Below are positions 10,983 to 25,297 of a stretch of 64,000 nt of DNA, one piece after another. The position numbers and the translations under genes were made by a program. This DNA is from the human T2T-CHM13v2.0 reference genome, Homo sapiens. Under the pieces are notes generated by a model. That model saw only the letters and a program-made list of their open reading frames with translations, was not told where the DNA came from and did no database searches. Where the stretch lies: the NCBI RefSeq assembly GCF_009914755.1, contig NC_060927.1; one strand, 5' to 3'. How positions within the stretch are numbered: the first letter of the stretch is position 1; every line of letters starts with the position of its first letter.

Positions 10983-13293
10983 CAATGTGCAAAAATCGGT
11001 AGCATTTCTATATACCAACAATATCCAAGCTGAGTGCCAAATCAAGAACACAATTCAATTCACAGTAGAGACACATACACACACACACACATACACACAC
11101 ATACACCCCTAGGAATACGGCAGATCAGGGAGGTAAAAGATTTCAATGAGAATTACAAAACACTGTTGAAAGAAATCAGAGATAACAAACAAATGAAAAA
11201 AACATTCCATGCTCATGGATAGGAAGTACCAGTATTGTTAAAATGGCCATATTGCCCAAAGCAATTTACAGATTCAATGCTATTTCTATCAAACTACCAA
11301 TGACATTGTTCAAAGAATTAGAAAAAAACTATTCTAAAATTCATGTGGAACCAAAAAAAAAAAAAAAAGAGTCCGAATAGCCAAAACAATCCTAAGCAAA
11401 AAAAAAACAAAGTCACAGGCATCACATTACTCAATTTCAAACTATACTACAAGGCTATAGTAGCAAAAACAGCATGGTGCTGGTTTAAAAACAGACACAT
11501 AGACTAATGAAACAGAATAGAGAACCCAGAAAAAAAAGCTGCATACCTACAACCATATGATCTTCGACAAAGTCAACAAAAACAAGCAATGGAGAAAGGA
11601 CTTCCTATTCAATAAATGATGCTGGGATAACTGGCTAGCCCTATGCAGAAGACTGAAACTGGACCCCTTCCTTTCACTATAGATAGAAATCAACTCAATA
11701 TCAATTAAAGACTTAAATATAAAACCTAAAGCTATAAAAACCCTTGAAGAAAACCTAGGAAATACTATTCTGGACATAGGCTCTGGCAAAGATTTCTTAA
11801 TGAAGACACCAAAAGTAATTGCAACAAAAAGAAAGATTGACAAATGGGACCTAATTAAATTAAAGAACTCTGCACAGTGAAAGAAACTATCCATAGAGTA
11901 AACCAACAGCCCACAGAATGGGAGAAAATATTTGCAAACTATGCATCTAGCAAAGGCTAATATCCGTAATCTGTAAGGAACTTAAATTAACAAGCAAAAA
12001 GCAAACAACCCCATTAAAAAGTGGACAAAGAGCATGAATAGACACGTTTCAAAAGACACCAACGCACGGCCAACAAGCACATAAAAAATGCTCAACATCA
12101 CTAATCAGATACAAATCAAAACCACAGTGCGATACCATTTCACACAAGTCAGAATGGTGATTATTGAAAAGTCAAAAAACAACAGATGCTGGCGAGGTTG
12201 TGGAGAAAAAGGAACACTTATACACTGCTGGAGGGAACGTAAGTGTTTCAGCTACTGTGGAAAACAATTTGGTGATTTCTCAAAGAATTTAAAACAGAAC
12301 TCCCATTCGACCCAGCAATTCCATTATTAGGTTGTATTAGGGTTCTCTAGAGGGACAGAACTAACAGGATAGATGTATATATAAAGGGGAGTTTATTAAG
12401 GAGTATTGGCTCACACGATCACAAAGTGAGGTCCCACAATAGGCTGTCTGCAAGCTGAGGAGTAAGGAAGCTAGTCTGAGTCCCAAAGCTGAAGAACCTG
12501 GAGTCTGATGTGTGAGGGCAGGAAGCATCCAGCATGAGAGAAAGATGTAGGCCAGAAGACTAAACCAGCTTAGTCTTTCCATGTTCCTCTGCCGGCTTTT
12601 ATTCTGGCTGTACTGGCAGCTGATTAGATTGTGCCCACCGAGATTGAGAGTGGGTCTGCTTTTCCCAGTCCACTTACACAAATGTTGATCTCCTTTGGCA
12701 ACACCCTCACAGGCACACCCAGGAACAATACTTTATATCCTTCAGTCCAATCAAGTTGACTCTTAATATTAACCATCACATTGGTAAACCCAAAGGAATA
12801 TAAACCGTTCGAAGATACATGCATTCATATGTTAATCACAGCACTATTCACAATAGCAAGGATGTGGAATCAACTTAGATGCCCATCAACCATGGACTGG
12901 ATAAAAAAATTGTGGTATATATACAGCATAGAACACGACACAGGCATAAAAAAAGAATGAGATCATGTCCTTTGTAGCAGCATGGATGGTGCTGGAGGCC
13001 ATTATCCTAAGCAAACTAATGCAGAAACAGAAAACCAAATACCACATGTTCTCACTTATAAGTGGGAGCTAAACACTGAGTACACATGAACACTGAGAAA
13101 GGAGCAGACACTGGGGCATACTTGGGGGTGGAGAGTGGGAGGAGGGTGAGGATTGAAAAACTGCCTATCAGATACCATGCTTATTACCTGGTGATGAAAT
13201 AATCTGTACATCAAACCTTCGTGACATGTAATTTACCTGTATAACAAACCTGCATGTGTACCCTGAACTACAATAAAAGCTAAAAAAAAAAAA
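10983..13293 (+). mobile_element. 5'-truncated L1PA15/16-like element (3' part of ORF2, 3'UTR, poly(A)), split by an MLT2A LTR
   Basis: Decayed ORF2 (…IKTTVRYHFTQVRMVIIEKSKNNRCWRGCGEKGTLIHCW). The 3'UTR contains gagggtgaggattgaaaaactgcctatc. Poly(A) is at 13282-13293. Diverged TSD agaagtttggattttct / agaaattcagattttct. Confidence 0.92.
12333..12780 (-). mobile_element. MLT2A (ERVL) solo LTR
   Basis: tgtattagggttctctagagggacagaacta…caatcaagttgactcttaatattaaccatcaca. TG..CA ends; 5-bp TSD taggt/ttggt. Confidence 0.92.
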
Positions 13294-14077
13294 GAAATTC
13301 AGATTTTCTTCTTTCTTTGATTCTGTCCCTCTCATTTAATTCTTCTCCCTATTTATTTCACCTTAGATGGCAGTGGATTTATTCAGTTTTTGTAGTTGAT
13401 TGTTTAATAGTATTTTAGTCTCTATAGTTTTAACCAAATTTCTGAAACTTCTTTCCAGAAGTATATTTTGATGTTTGATTCTAACTTTCCTATCCTTTAC
13501 TTGCCAAAAGCAACAAACAAAAAACCCAGATTTTAAATTGTAAGTTTCTACCACTTTAAAAGAAAGAAGTTAATATTCTTGATGTTACACTTCTTTTTAA
13601 AAAAATGCCTTTTGTTTCCAGGAAAAATACGGAAATTTTTTTTGCTTCCAAAAGGTCATGGTTTCTTCCTTCTAATTACATTCTTTAAAATTCTGACAGT
13701 GTGGGCTTTGCAAATTATACCATCATAACTCTTGAATGTGCTTTTCATAAAATTCAACACATTTTATCTTTAGCCTCCGAAGTCCTTATGACTTATACCA
13801 TTATTCATACAAACTACAGGTTTAGAATCAAGTAAACAAAATTCCTGCTTTAATATACAACTACAGTTGTTTTTTGGTTGTGTTTCTGGTTGGATAATCC
13901 AGATCAGACTTTGTGACTAGGAGCTGTAAGTAAGGTGGCTGCCTTAAAATGTAATGCAAAAACAGTCCTTTTTAGTCTTTTTGTCTTGTGGCTGGGACCA
14001 TATGGTTTTCTGAAGTTCATATGTATAATAGTCCTTTTTTGTGTGGGCTCCATTCATTTATATTCTACTGTTTATTG

Positions 14078-14240
14078 TTTATTCATTCTTTCATTTTGAG
14101 TATCTATTCTATATTAGTCTTGTGAATATAGAAATGCAAGGCATGGTGCCTGCTCTTAAAGAGGTTAAAGGCTTATGGGAGAGGCAGGCATATAAACAAA
14201 TAATTACAGCCTAAAATAATAAATGCTATTGTAGCGGTAA
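14078..14240 (-). mobile_element. L2 3'-end fragment
   Basis: ttcattctttcattttgagtatctattc…gcatggtgcctgctcttaaagag. Confidence 0.55.
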
Positions 14241-14707
14241 GACAAAGTCCTTCTTGTGGCTTAAACTCTCTAGCCCACATTCCCCAGCTAATTATTTTCT
14301 TCTGTGGATTTTCATCCTTGTCTCTCAATCTCTTTTTCAGATATATGCATATCCATATTGCTTACTTAATCTTTTCTGCTTCCAGGTTCCCATTTTGGGT
14401 GTGGAAGCCTTTTGCAGTGACTGTGTCCTGTCATGACTCTTTTGGTAGCCCTCTCCAGTATTCCAGCTTTGCCTTTAAATTTTAACGGAGAGAAAAATAA
14501 TGTATCTCATTCTTGGTGAAACATTTAGGCTGTTTAGTTGACATTTGAAATGGCAGAGTCTATTGTTCTAAAAGGAAAATTATCCATACTGTGTAATGTG
14601 GACTATTGATAGAATATGGAATCAGGCATATCTTTTTATGTATTTATGAAAGTAAAGCAGTGCTTCCATTTTAGCACAAATAACTTTCAAAGCAAAGTTA
14701 TTTAAAA

Positions 14708-14981
14708 TTTCTCTTTTCTTTTCTTTTTTTTCTTTTTTCTTTCTTCTCGCTCTGTCATCCAGGCTGGAGTGCAATAGCATGGTCTTGGCTCACTGCAAGA
14801 ACCGCCTCCCAGATTCAATTGATTCTCCTGCCTCAGCCTCCTGAGTAGCTAGGATTGCAGGAGCCTGCCACCACGCCCAGCTAATTTTTGTATTTTTAGT
14901 AGACACAGGGTTTCACTGTGTTGGTCAGGCTGGTCCTGAACTCCTGACCTCAGGTGATCCACCCGCCTTGGCCTCCCAAAG
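14708..14981 (-). mobile_element. AluS (Sx-like), 5'-truncated
   Basis: Alu body with cctgacctcaggtgatccacc. Probable TSD caaagcaaagttatt / caaagcaaaagttatt. Confidence 0.93.
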
Positions 14982-15309
14982 CAAAAGTTATTCACTTCAA
15001 GTGCAGTGAATCACAATAAATCTTATTTCCTTATTTTTATATTTGTTTTTATAATGAATGGGACTACATTACCCTCAATAAAAGGTGGACAGTTTCACCC
15101 TTTACTTATTAGTTATATTTTGAGTAAAAAATACAAGAGTGTTTATAGAGTGTTTACTAAAACAATGAAGCACAGGTAAATAAAATTCAAGAGTATCTAC
15201 ATGGGTGGTATTAATTTACCTGTTTAAATTCTGAATGAATTACTAAAAGCTTGAGATATAGTCCTAACTCTCTGACTTCAGTTTCCTCATCTATAATAAG
15301 ATGTTATTA

Positions 15310-15800
15310 TGGTAGACACTTGTTTTTTCTGCTCAGCTTCCATTTCTCCCTGTACTTGAAAAAGTTCCTACTTTCAAGTACTGGGTCCAACCCAGTCTGT
15401 TCCCTTTTATCCAGGAGTGAGCATGTGACCCAGCCTAGGTCAATGAATCTATACTTCCCGTGGCCACTGGGGTAGTTAGGGTGGGTAGGCAACCCAGAAT
15501 GGATGGATCAGAAGTCAACTTCTGGGATTTGTCTGGAACTATTAAAGAAGATGCTTTTTTCCCTATAATATTCCTAAGTAAGTAGAATGGAAAGGTGGAA
15601 TTGTGGGCAATCTGCACATGGAGGTAACTAGAGATGGAGCCTATATGGAGGAAAGCAGACCCTATCTATGCATGAATCTAACACTCCCTTTTCAGGTGTT
15701 TCTCCAGTAAAGGCTTTTTTGATTGTTGTTGTTTTCTTATGCCAGTTTGAGTTGTCCTTTATTATGTCACATGCAAATGATAGGATCCAGGCTAATTCAG
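15310..15800 (+). mobile_element. Old MaLR/ERVL LTR (MLT1K-like)
   Basis: gcatgtgacccagcctaggtcaatga… and the 3' end gccagtttgagttg…tgtcacatgcaa…gctaattca. Confidence 0.55.
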
Positions 15801-16344
15801 TTTGGTCAGTTAACCTTTAAGGTCTTTCCAGTTTCTACATTGCATGATTCCTTGCCTTCTTTTATTTCATGCAAGTTAGATTACTATGATTGAATGAGGT
15901 TAGGCAAATAATAACTGGATATTCTCAAGAGGAATAGCTTCTCTATCTGGGAAATATCAGTGTATTTCTCATAGGAGTTGTCAAGAGTAATTGTTCTACA
16001 TTTTGATCTTACTTGTGTTTATTTTATGGCATAACTTCACCTTTGACTTTTGCCCACCCCTGGTCTAGCTGTATTCACTCCTACTAGGGCATATAAAGTT
16101 AAAGAAAAGAATGAAATGCAAACATTGCTTGATATTAAAATGATAAGCAAAATTTATTTCCTTCTGAATTGTGTACACAAATGACCCCTTTCTGAGCCAC
16201 CCTCACCCCTGGGTCAATATGTGCATTTTGTGAGGATAACTTTTCAGAACACTACATGAAAATTGAAACAAGAAAATACCTGGGAGCTGCCTGATAAAAG
16301 TGTATTTGTGAGAAGGTTTATGAGGTGGTGATGTCAAATAAGAA

Positions 16345-16495
16345 CTTGGATGTGGAAGCCTCTGGTGAGTCCTGGCTCCACCCTTTATTTAGCTGTAACC
16401 TCGATCAAGTTCTGTAAATTTGCCTTGTCTTTCCAATGGTTGGGTTGCTGTGAGGGTGATGTGATATGAAATGTGAAGGCAGTTTACATGTCAAA
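16345..16495 (+). mobile_element. MIR fragment
   Basis: agtcctggctccacc…tagctgtaacctcgatcaagtt…gttgctgtgaggg. Confidence 0.55.
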
Positions 16496-17118
16496 CCTGA
16501 TGAAGGGCTGAAATTATTTAGGAATGAATGAGCCTAACTAATTTAGTGAGTGTCATTGGTGATTTGTAGAAGAAGCAACAGACTGGGAAACATTGGGAGA
16601 TAAGATTACACATGTGGATAGTTTCAGATTTTAAAATCTGGACTGAGGAGTTTAAACTTGTTTAAAAATAAAGAAGCAAGTTTTAGTCACCACGTCCAGA
16701 TGCCTTCCTCCAAATCATTTTTAAAACTTTGTTCTTTTCTTTTCATTCCCACAACCAGTACAAACTCCTGACTCACCTTGTAGATTCTAATATATTCCTC
16801 AGCTAACGTCCTGTTGCCACATTTATTGTCCTAAAAATAATAGACCCTAATTACATGAAGAAGGCAACTGAATGTGGTGCCTGACAGACTCTAGAGAATG
16901 AAACATAGGGATGTGTAAAAATGTATCACAAAGACTGGGAAAATGGTGGTATTATTAACAAAAGGAAGCAGATGGTAAGGGACCCACGATGAAGTAATAA
17001 GGCATCCAGCTGGCATCATTGCACAGGAAATTGCAGATTTAGGATTAGCACTTAGATAGTGGAATCCCTGTATGGATTTGGAAGTTACAAAGCCAGGACT
17101 TTATATCTCAAAGCATCC

Positions 17119-17474
17119 TGCCTTAGGTTGGGCTGCTATAATGAAAGACCATAGGTGAGTGGCTTAAACAACAGACATTTATTTCTCACAGTTTTGGAGG
17201 CTGGGAAGTCCAAGATCAAGGTGCTGGCAGATCTGGTGTCTGATGAGGTTCCTCTTCCTACTTTGCAGGTGGCTGCCTTCCTGCGGTATTGTACAAGGTG
17301 GAAAGAGATCATTTATCTCTTGTCTCTTCCTATAAGGGCTCTAATCCCATTCATGAGGGTTTCATCATCATGACCTAAATACCTCTAAAAAGCCCCACCT
17401 CCAAATATCATCACATTAGGGATTAGGGCTTCAATATATGAATTTTGGGGGAACACAAGCATTTAGTTCATAAC
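17119..17474 (-). mobile_element. MLT1A0/MSTD-like MaLR LTR
   Basis: ggcttaaacaacagacatttatttctcacagttttggaggctgggaagtccaagatcaagg…tttagttcataaca. Confidence 0.88.
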
Positions 17475-17974
17475 AGATCCTTAAGACATTGTCTGGCTTT
17501 GACTTTTTCAGATAAGAGCTTCAAAGTAGAAAGAGGTTTTTCATATAAGAGGTTGAAAGGTTCAAAGTGGAAGGTCACGTAGTGTATCATCAGTGGCGCA
17601 GCTGGGAATAAAACCTTTATTTGCTGACTCCAAGGCCAGTATTCTTTCGTTGCCACTGTGCAGCACCTCTGTGGCATTAACCCAAAGAGTACAATGGAAG
17701 TTGTATAGAGTAAGGATTATAATGAGAAGCAACTATGTGCTGGGCAGAATATAGTGTAATGTCCTACTGTTGCCTAGATACAACTCTGAAGATACTGATA
17801 GCTTTAACATGAGAAAGCCGAGATGTTAGATCATTTAGACAGGATGGATAACAGGGAAAAGCTAGATTATCAAGTGCTTGGCAGCTGATATAAATAAATA
17901 CTAAATAATTCTTATGCCAATTGCTCTTAAGGGCATTATAGTGTAATTATTTATTTAGAACATGAATTTTTATG

Positions 17975-18100
17975 CCAAACAGTACTGTGTTCGATTTCTG
18001 GCTCTGTTACTTGCTCTCTGAGATGCCTTTGAGATTCAGTTTCCTAATCTGTATAGCGGGGGACAATAACAACCACCTAATAGGGTTGTTGTATGTATTG
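17975..18100 (+). mobile_element. MIR fragment
   Basis: ttcagtttcctaatctgtatagcggggacaataacaaccacctaatagggttgttg. Confidence 0.65.
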
Positions 18101-18105
18101 ATGAT

Positions 18106-18592
18106 GGTATTAATTTCCTACTGCTGCTATAAATTACAAAAAAAAATCTAGTGGTTTAAAACAACACAAGTTTGTTATTATGGCTCTGAAGGTCAGATAT
18201 CTGAAAATGGGTGTTATGGCACTAACCAAGGTGTCAGCAGACATGTGTTCCTTTTGAAGGCTCTAGGGGAGAATTTGCTCGTGTTTTCCAGCTTCTAGAG
18301 ACTGGCCAGTCTTTGGTGGTGTAGCCACCTTCTAGCAATGGCATCAGTTCAACTTTTGCTTCCATTGCTAGATTTCCTCTGGCTGATATTCCTGCTTCTT
18401 TCTCATAAAGACCTCTGTGCCCACCTAATACATTGGGACCACCTAAGTAATGCAGGAAAATATTCCCATCTCAAGACTCTTACCTTTATCACATCTGCAG
18501 AGTCCCGTTTGCCATGTAAGGTAATGTATTCACAGGTGTTAGGGACTAGGGCGTGGACATATTTGAGGGGGGGCCATGATTCTGCCTACCAC
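18106..18592 (-). mobile_element. MLT1C/D-like MaLR LTR
   Basis: tattaatttcctactgctgcta…atcacatctgcagagtccc…ggggggccatgattctgcctaccaca. Confidence 0.82.
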
Positions 18593-19127
18593 ACTGATGA
18601 TGATGATGCTAATGAAGATGATGAGGAAAATTAGCTGCTGTTAGTATTTCACTCACTCCCAAAATTACTTTTAGTATTTTGTCAAAGAAAATAAGTTCTA
18701 TCCCAAAACATGTAACAAGAGCAAGCCTGGCCTGATCAGGGGATTGAGCTTCTGATTTGATAAAAGCTTCCTCACCCCTTCAGTTAAAAGTGGTTTCCTT
18801 CAGATAGCTTCCTGGAAACTTCTGGGCTGTGCACATTAGTCCCTTTCAATTCAGGCACTGAAATGCTAGCAAAATGAAGGTATGTTTTCTGGAAACCAGC
18901 TATCAATCTAGCACAAGCGACTATTAGGAAAATCAAGGAGGTGCTGCGGGGATGTGGAATAGGACACCTGGGTTTTGATTTAAAGTAACTTAAAGGAATT
19001 GCTTATAGCAGAGAGTTAACATTCATATGGGAAATTTTGAGCAACCTGTTTGACTCAGGTCCCGGTGAGAGGGCAGTCTTACATAGGAGATGTACAGAAA
19101 GTTTTAGTCTCCATTCCTAATCCTAGG

Positions 19128-19128
19128 C

Positions 19129-19173
<45 letters not shown>
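19128..19173. repeat. (CA)n microsatellite
   Basis: About 22 CA units with one interruption. Confidence 0.97.
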
Positions 19174-19177
<4 letters not shown>

Positions 19178-20636
19178 TCTGAAACCCTAATACTGTCAAA
19201 TCCCCAGTGAGTTTCAATTTTCAATGACAACTATGGATAAAAATGGTCATATTTAGGAGAGTAGGGGGGAAAAAAGCTTTAATAAAGTGGCAGCAGAATA
19301 AAATGATTATCAGTTTTTTAAAAGCACTAGTGTAAAGAATACCTCTCAGTTTAATTTTCCTTTTAATTTATTATAAATTATAGGTTTGCTTAGGAGAAAA
19401 ATAAAAAATCAAACTGCCATTTTCTTTGAAAACACAAATCAGACAAATTGTTACACAGCAGGATCCTTTGCTAATTTTGACAGCCACTTATTCATTTACT
19501 AGCCTTTGTCCGACACAATACCTGTGTGGCTTTTATTTTTCCAGACTTTCCACTGACACATTTTCACAATTTGGGTGTTTTTGTCCAAAACGTGTCATGT
19601 ATTTTGTCATATATATGACAAATATAAATTGGAATTTTTAAACTTCAAATAAAATACCACATTAAACTAGTGATTTTAAACTGAAGATGATAGAATTTTT
19701 AAAATACAGACTTGGAGACCACATTCAAAACACTTCATAGCAAATGAGAGGCCCTCAGTTATCTGGTCTTACCTCAGCTTTCTAGTCGTCTTTGTCACTT
19801 TTTCAGCCCCTGGGGTACTACTCAGTGCTGTCTGCCAGCCTGCTAAGTTCACTTTTTCCTGCTTAGCACTTGTTATTCCTCTTTTTCCACTAAATGCCTT
19901 TAGTTATTAAATTATTGTTTCCTACAGAAATTTAACTTCATCATTTTTGTTGTCTGGAGAAAGCTTTGTTGTCATCACTCAGTGGTGAGAAGGTTGACTT
20001 TCTCATGAAAGCTCCAACCCTAGGTCTTAGGTTTGATGTAAGTCATGTGCTGCTGTGGAAACTGTCTAGTGCCTGTACAGTGTGATCCGAAGTTACTGGA
20101 CTGTGAGGGGGCAGTCTATCAAGTATGGACAGCTATCAAGTATGTTGTACAGTTTGATCTTTAACAATTTAAAATCAATATTGGGTTCCTTGGTCACACA
20201 AATAGCCTAGTTCTTCAAGTAAGCAGTTCTTTCTGCCTGAAACCTCATGTCCCACTGTTCTACTTGAGCACCCTTCCAGGTATCAAGGGCTTAATTATAG
20301 GGTATACATAGTCCCCTGCAAGCCCCTTATGCATCTGAAAATGCAGGTATGAACCTTCATTCTGAGAGTAAGTTAGCTAGTCTAAATGAATATTTGAGAT
20401 GGAAAAAAACATCTAGATGGATATAGGTAGATGAAGTAACCCTGGGTAGGTAAAGAAGCTGATTTTAGCAGTGCCTGAAAGACTCTTGACAAAACACCTC
20501 AGAATCTACTTCCATTACTCAGAACATTTTATTAGATTTGTTACCACTCCGTATTGAATTGCTGGGGTCTCACTGAGTCCTTTTGAAAAATCTTGTCCCA
20601 AAAAGGTCTTAGAACCTCATTCTCCCTTGTCTGTCT

Positions 20637-20945
20637 GTTTTTCTTTTATTTTTTCTTTCATTTCTTTTTGAGACAGGGTATCACTCTGTCACCCAGGTTG
20701 GATTGCAGTGGTGTGATCACAGCTCACTGTAGCCTCCACTTCCTGGGCTCAGGTGATCCCCCGCTGACCTCAGCCTCCTGAGTAGCTGGGACTTATAGGC
20801 ACTTGACTAATTTTTGTATGTTTTTTGTAATGACAGGATTTTGCCATGTTGCCCAGGCTGGTCTCAAACACCTGGGCCCAAGCAGTCTGCCCACCTCAGC
20901 TTCCCCAAATGCTGGGATTACAGGGGTGAGCCACCACGCCCAGTC
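20637..20945 (-). mobile_element. AluJ
   Basis: gtgatcacagctcactgtagcctcc…ttgcccaggctggtctcaaac. cccttgtct appears on both flanks (TSD remnant). Confidence 0.92.
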
Positions 20946-21589
20946 ACCCTTGTCTTCCTTGACTACCATCTGCTTCTATCCTAGAAGGAACATGTGAAAG
21001 GATATATAAATGAAAATTGGAGTTCCAGAGTAATTTATTTGTCTCCATTTAGTCATGTTGGCTTCAAATCTTTATCAGTTCTTTCACAGATATGTTTTTG
21101 AGCATCTGTCATTCACCAGGTGCCAGATATAAATGGATGAATAAGACATAAGTCTTGTGGTCATGGATAGCTACCACTACTGACATGGCACCATTTCCCC
21201 AAGAGATTCTTTCTGTTTCCAGAAAGGAGCCCAAGGCCCAGTCCTCATCTGGGTATTAGATAGAGTGCTTTATTTTCAACAGTAAATAAAGGGAAGATGG
21301 TTGTAGACATTTCTGGGTGAAGTGTTAGCCAAGATTTTCTAGGAAGTTTATATCCTATAAGTGGGTAGAAAAATTGGGTATCTAAACTTCAGATAAAAGT
21401 CCAACACTTTAATCTACCATGTGTTGTCTGCAGATGAATTCAAACCACTGAGGAAGTTTATACAGGTTAGTAAAAACTAGCAAAACAAGAAATGGTTTTT
21501 GAAAAAACAAAATTTAAAAATTCTATTATTTTTGTCCTGACTGTTAATTCGTTTCTAATGTATCCAGTTTTGATGCCAAATATCAGAAA

Positions 21590-21820
21590 ACAGAGAGCTC
21601 AGGCATTCTGGGAAAGTCAATAATTGAGGCTAAATGGCTTCAGTATAATGACTAACCAGGAAGACTGACTTTCTAGAAAGATAAAGTCTCAGAGAAGACA
21701 TGATCCAGATTTATGAAATCATGAAATATGCAAATAAGGCAAATATAAACATGTTCATCAAATCCTAGAAACATTTTAAAGCTTTGAAAAAGTAATTTTA
21801 GGGTAGATGGAAGGTCCCAG
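21590..21820 (+). mobile_element. Ancient CR1/L3-type LINE fragment
   Basis: gaagacatgatccagatttatgaaatcatgaa…atgttcatcaaatcctag…taattttaggg resembles the CR1 3' region. Confidence 0.4.
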
Positions 21821-21913
21821 GAATTGTATTTTATTGTTGACCTTAAGGTCTACTCTATAGGATTGCTGAATATAAACTACTTTAAAAAATATCTTTTGCT
21901 ATTATAGTAATTA

Positions 21914-22260
<347 letters not shown>

Positions 22261-23308
22261 TTATAAGACAAATTGGTCTTTTAGCAGAATTTTCAGATAT
22301 AAGCAGGAAATTCTTTATTTCAGTGAGTGACATAGATTTATCCAGTTAATACTCATTAAGTAGTGGGGGTAGATTTATAGTAGGTTATTAAAAAACAAGT
22401 AATATTAAATATGTATCTCTTAGCATCAGAAGTTGTCAGGGAGAACAATTGTATTTTTGCCTTAGAATGTAGTTTTGTGTATCTGTCAAAGATCAAATAA
22501 CCAAGTTGACAACTGACCTTACTCAGTAAGGCCTCTTAGGTTATCCTGGACCATTGAAGCTGCTGCAGTTTGTTTTTCTCCCCCTGTTAGACATAGGGAG
22601 TTTTTCTCCTGTCAGTGCTCAGAAAGGTACTTGGCTAATGCTCTTCTGAATTTCAGGAGAGGAAAGCCTCCTACTTAAAAAATATCTGCTGTATTTAGTA
22701 CTATACAAAATAGTCATACAGACACACTTTCAACTTTTAATATTAATGGGGTGGTTTCACTTTATTCATTTTATAAATTATGAAGGTTATTGCAGCTGTT
22801 TGCTAGATTTTACCAGGCTCATGGTAGTAAAGCCATACATAGTCCATGAAAACATAACAAAACTTTACAATTTCATTCTGCTTTGTTGCAAAGATCCATG
22901 TCCCTTGTACATTTTATGACTTATTCACATTTCCTTTAGAAATACTCAACATTTAGGAACTTAATTCTTACTATTTTAGATAATAATGTGCTCATGATGA
23001 GAATAATAATACTAAAATAATGATATATATCATCACATAAGCATCAAATGTCTTTGAATTTGGAGATTTTCAGCTTAGAACCACTTTAATGGAGCTCTTA
23101 AAAGTCAAATGTGATTTTCATGGGACTGTACTAAGGTGTGATAATGGTAAACCATCTCTCCTAAGACAATTAACTCATTCCCCCATATATTTTAGATGCT
23201 TTATTTATGAAATATTTTGAGCAATGAATATGACATCTGATTACCTCTCTTTGTAATTCATAATCTCTTGGACTAATCTTTGGACTCAGTAGATTTCTTT
23301 CATTGCCA

Positions 23309-23580
23309 TTTTATGTATTTATTATTTTTTTGAGACAGAATCTTGTTCTGTCGCCTAGGCTGGAGTGCAGTGGTGCAATCACAGCTCACTCCAGCCTTGA
23401 CCTCCTGGTCTCAAGCAATTCTACCTCAGCCTCTTGAGTAGTTGGGACCATAGGCATGTGCCACCACACCCAGCTAATTTTTATTTTTTGTAGGGACAGG
23501 GTCTCACTATCTTGCCCAGTCTGGTTTTGAACTCCTTGGCTCAAGTGGTATACCTACTTTGGCCTCCCAAAGTGCTGGGA
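23309..23580 (-). mobile_element. AluJ, 5'-truncated
   Basis: gcaatcacagctcactccagccttgacctcctgg…ggcctcccaaagtgctggga. Confidence 0.92.
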
Positions 23581-25297
23581 GCCTGTATATATTCTTAGAA
23601 TCAATTTATCTTACAACTTTTAAAAGAACTGAGAGGTAAGATGATCAGCAAATAATATGGAGTTACTGGAAATTATTTGATTGTTTTTTGAATTTTTAAT
23701 GAACTCTTAAAATGACCTGTAGCCTTAGTTGATTTAACAGGAATCTTAAAATCAGATTCACATTTACTATTTTGGCCTGAAATGAGTTCCATGTTCTTTT
23801 TTTTTTTTTTTTTGCATTAGAGAAAACAGGCTTGTGAAGTTGTTTGTATTACTATCCTTTTTTCAGATTTTAAGGACATGTATCTAAGTGTTCATCTGGG
23901 TTCTCTAACCCCCTCCTCTATACTGTTATGGTGTTACTAAAATTTTATTAGTTATAAGTAACTTTACTTGACACTTTCTTCACATTTCCTTCCTGGCTTC
24001 CTTCCTTTCCCTCCTTTTTCCTTATATGCTTAAATCTGGAGGAAAATTTTGTTCTGAATTATATATTTTTTAATCAATATTGCAAACAGACAACTGTAAA
24101 CCTCAAGTTTTTGTTAATGAAGTACTTGAAAATATGATTTTTTATTTTTTTGCTATTATGGTTAGAAAATAGCGATAATTTTTTAATGAATGGCTGGTGA
24201 AATGCAGCAGACACAGTGCAAGTTGGTGGCATGGTATCATTGTAAAGGTTAAACAGCTGTGCTGGAAAGAGTCATTTTGGTTTAGTCCTTTTAATTTGGA
24301 ACTTTTTTGGCAGCTGAATTCCAGGACAGACTGTCTATGACACTTTAATATATTTAACATATTTTCAAAAACTATCAGAACTCAGGCTAAATAACCTAAA
24401 CCACTTTGACTTCATACTGGGTTACATTTTGCTTGTTGAAAAAAACTTAAGTTGGTTTTTAAAAGAACAGGCTGGTCTGCAAAAAGGTGATGAAGAAATA
24501 TTAGCCTTTGTTGGAAGTTGAGAAGTATTATATAAACCTTAGACTGATATTGTAGAATGGCTTCTAAGACTGAAAAATTGTAGGCATCCTGTTTTAATCC
24601 TCTGTAACCCAGCCATATGCGTCAAACTGAGCACTCCTAATACCTGATACTTAGAAAAAAGAGTAAGAGAGCTGTTTTTCTGTGTACAAATACACAAGTG
24701 ACACCTAGTATCTATCCCTCTATTCCCCCAGCTCTGGTCTTAGGGAAGGGGGGTCCAGGCATTTTCCACCTGGAGAAGTAGGTGCCTGACAGCAGATGCA
24801 ACATTGGTGACTTCCTGGACTGTGGCTTGTCTTCAAGGCACCCTGCCAAGACTTCGGTGTCGGGGGAACTAGAGAATTAGGGTAAAATTTCAGGGCCTCA
24901 CCTGTACAACATGGTCATAACATTAACACCAGCTACTCTGACATCTGTCAGATCATTTATTTAATTAACATCCCTTTTCTCTGGGCCACCAAAGCAGGGC
25001 TGCTTTTCACTGGCCCATCTTCTTTGCATGTATTTCAATAAAAGTTTGGGGGCTATTGTTTCATTGTCATGTTTCCACCTAAAACCTAGTCTGAGGAATA
25101 GGGATCTACTTATTTTTGATGCACATGATTTATTTTAGTAAAGTGGACAGATTTTAATGACACTTAGGAACTGAGGCTTTTTTTTTTTTCAGTCATGGTT
25201 TTACTTGTAGAAAGCGATCTGTATTTTAAACAAAAAAACACTTAATCTTTGAATTGAAACACATTTAATATGACAGTTAATTTCTTCTTTTCCAAAG

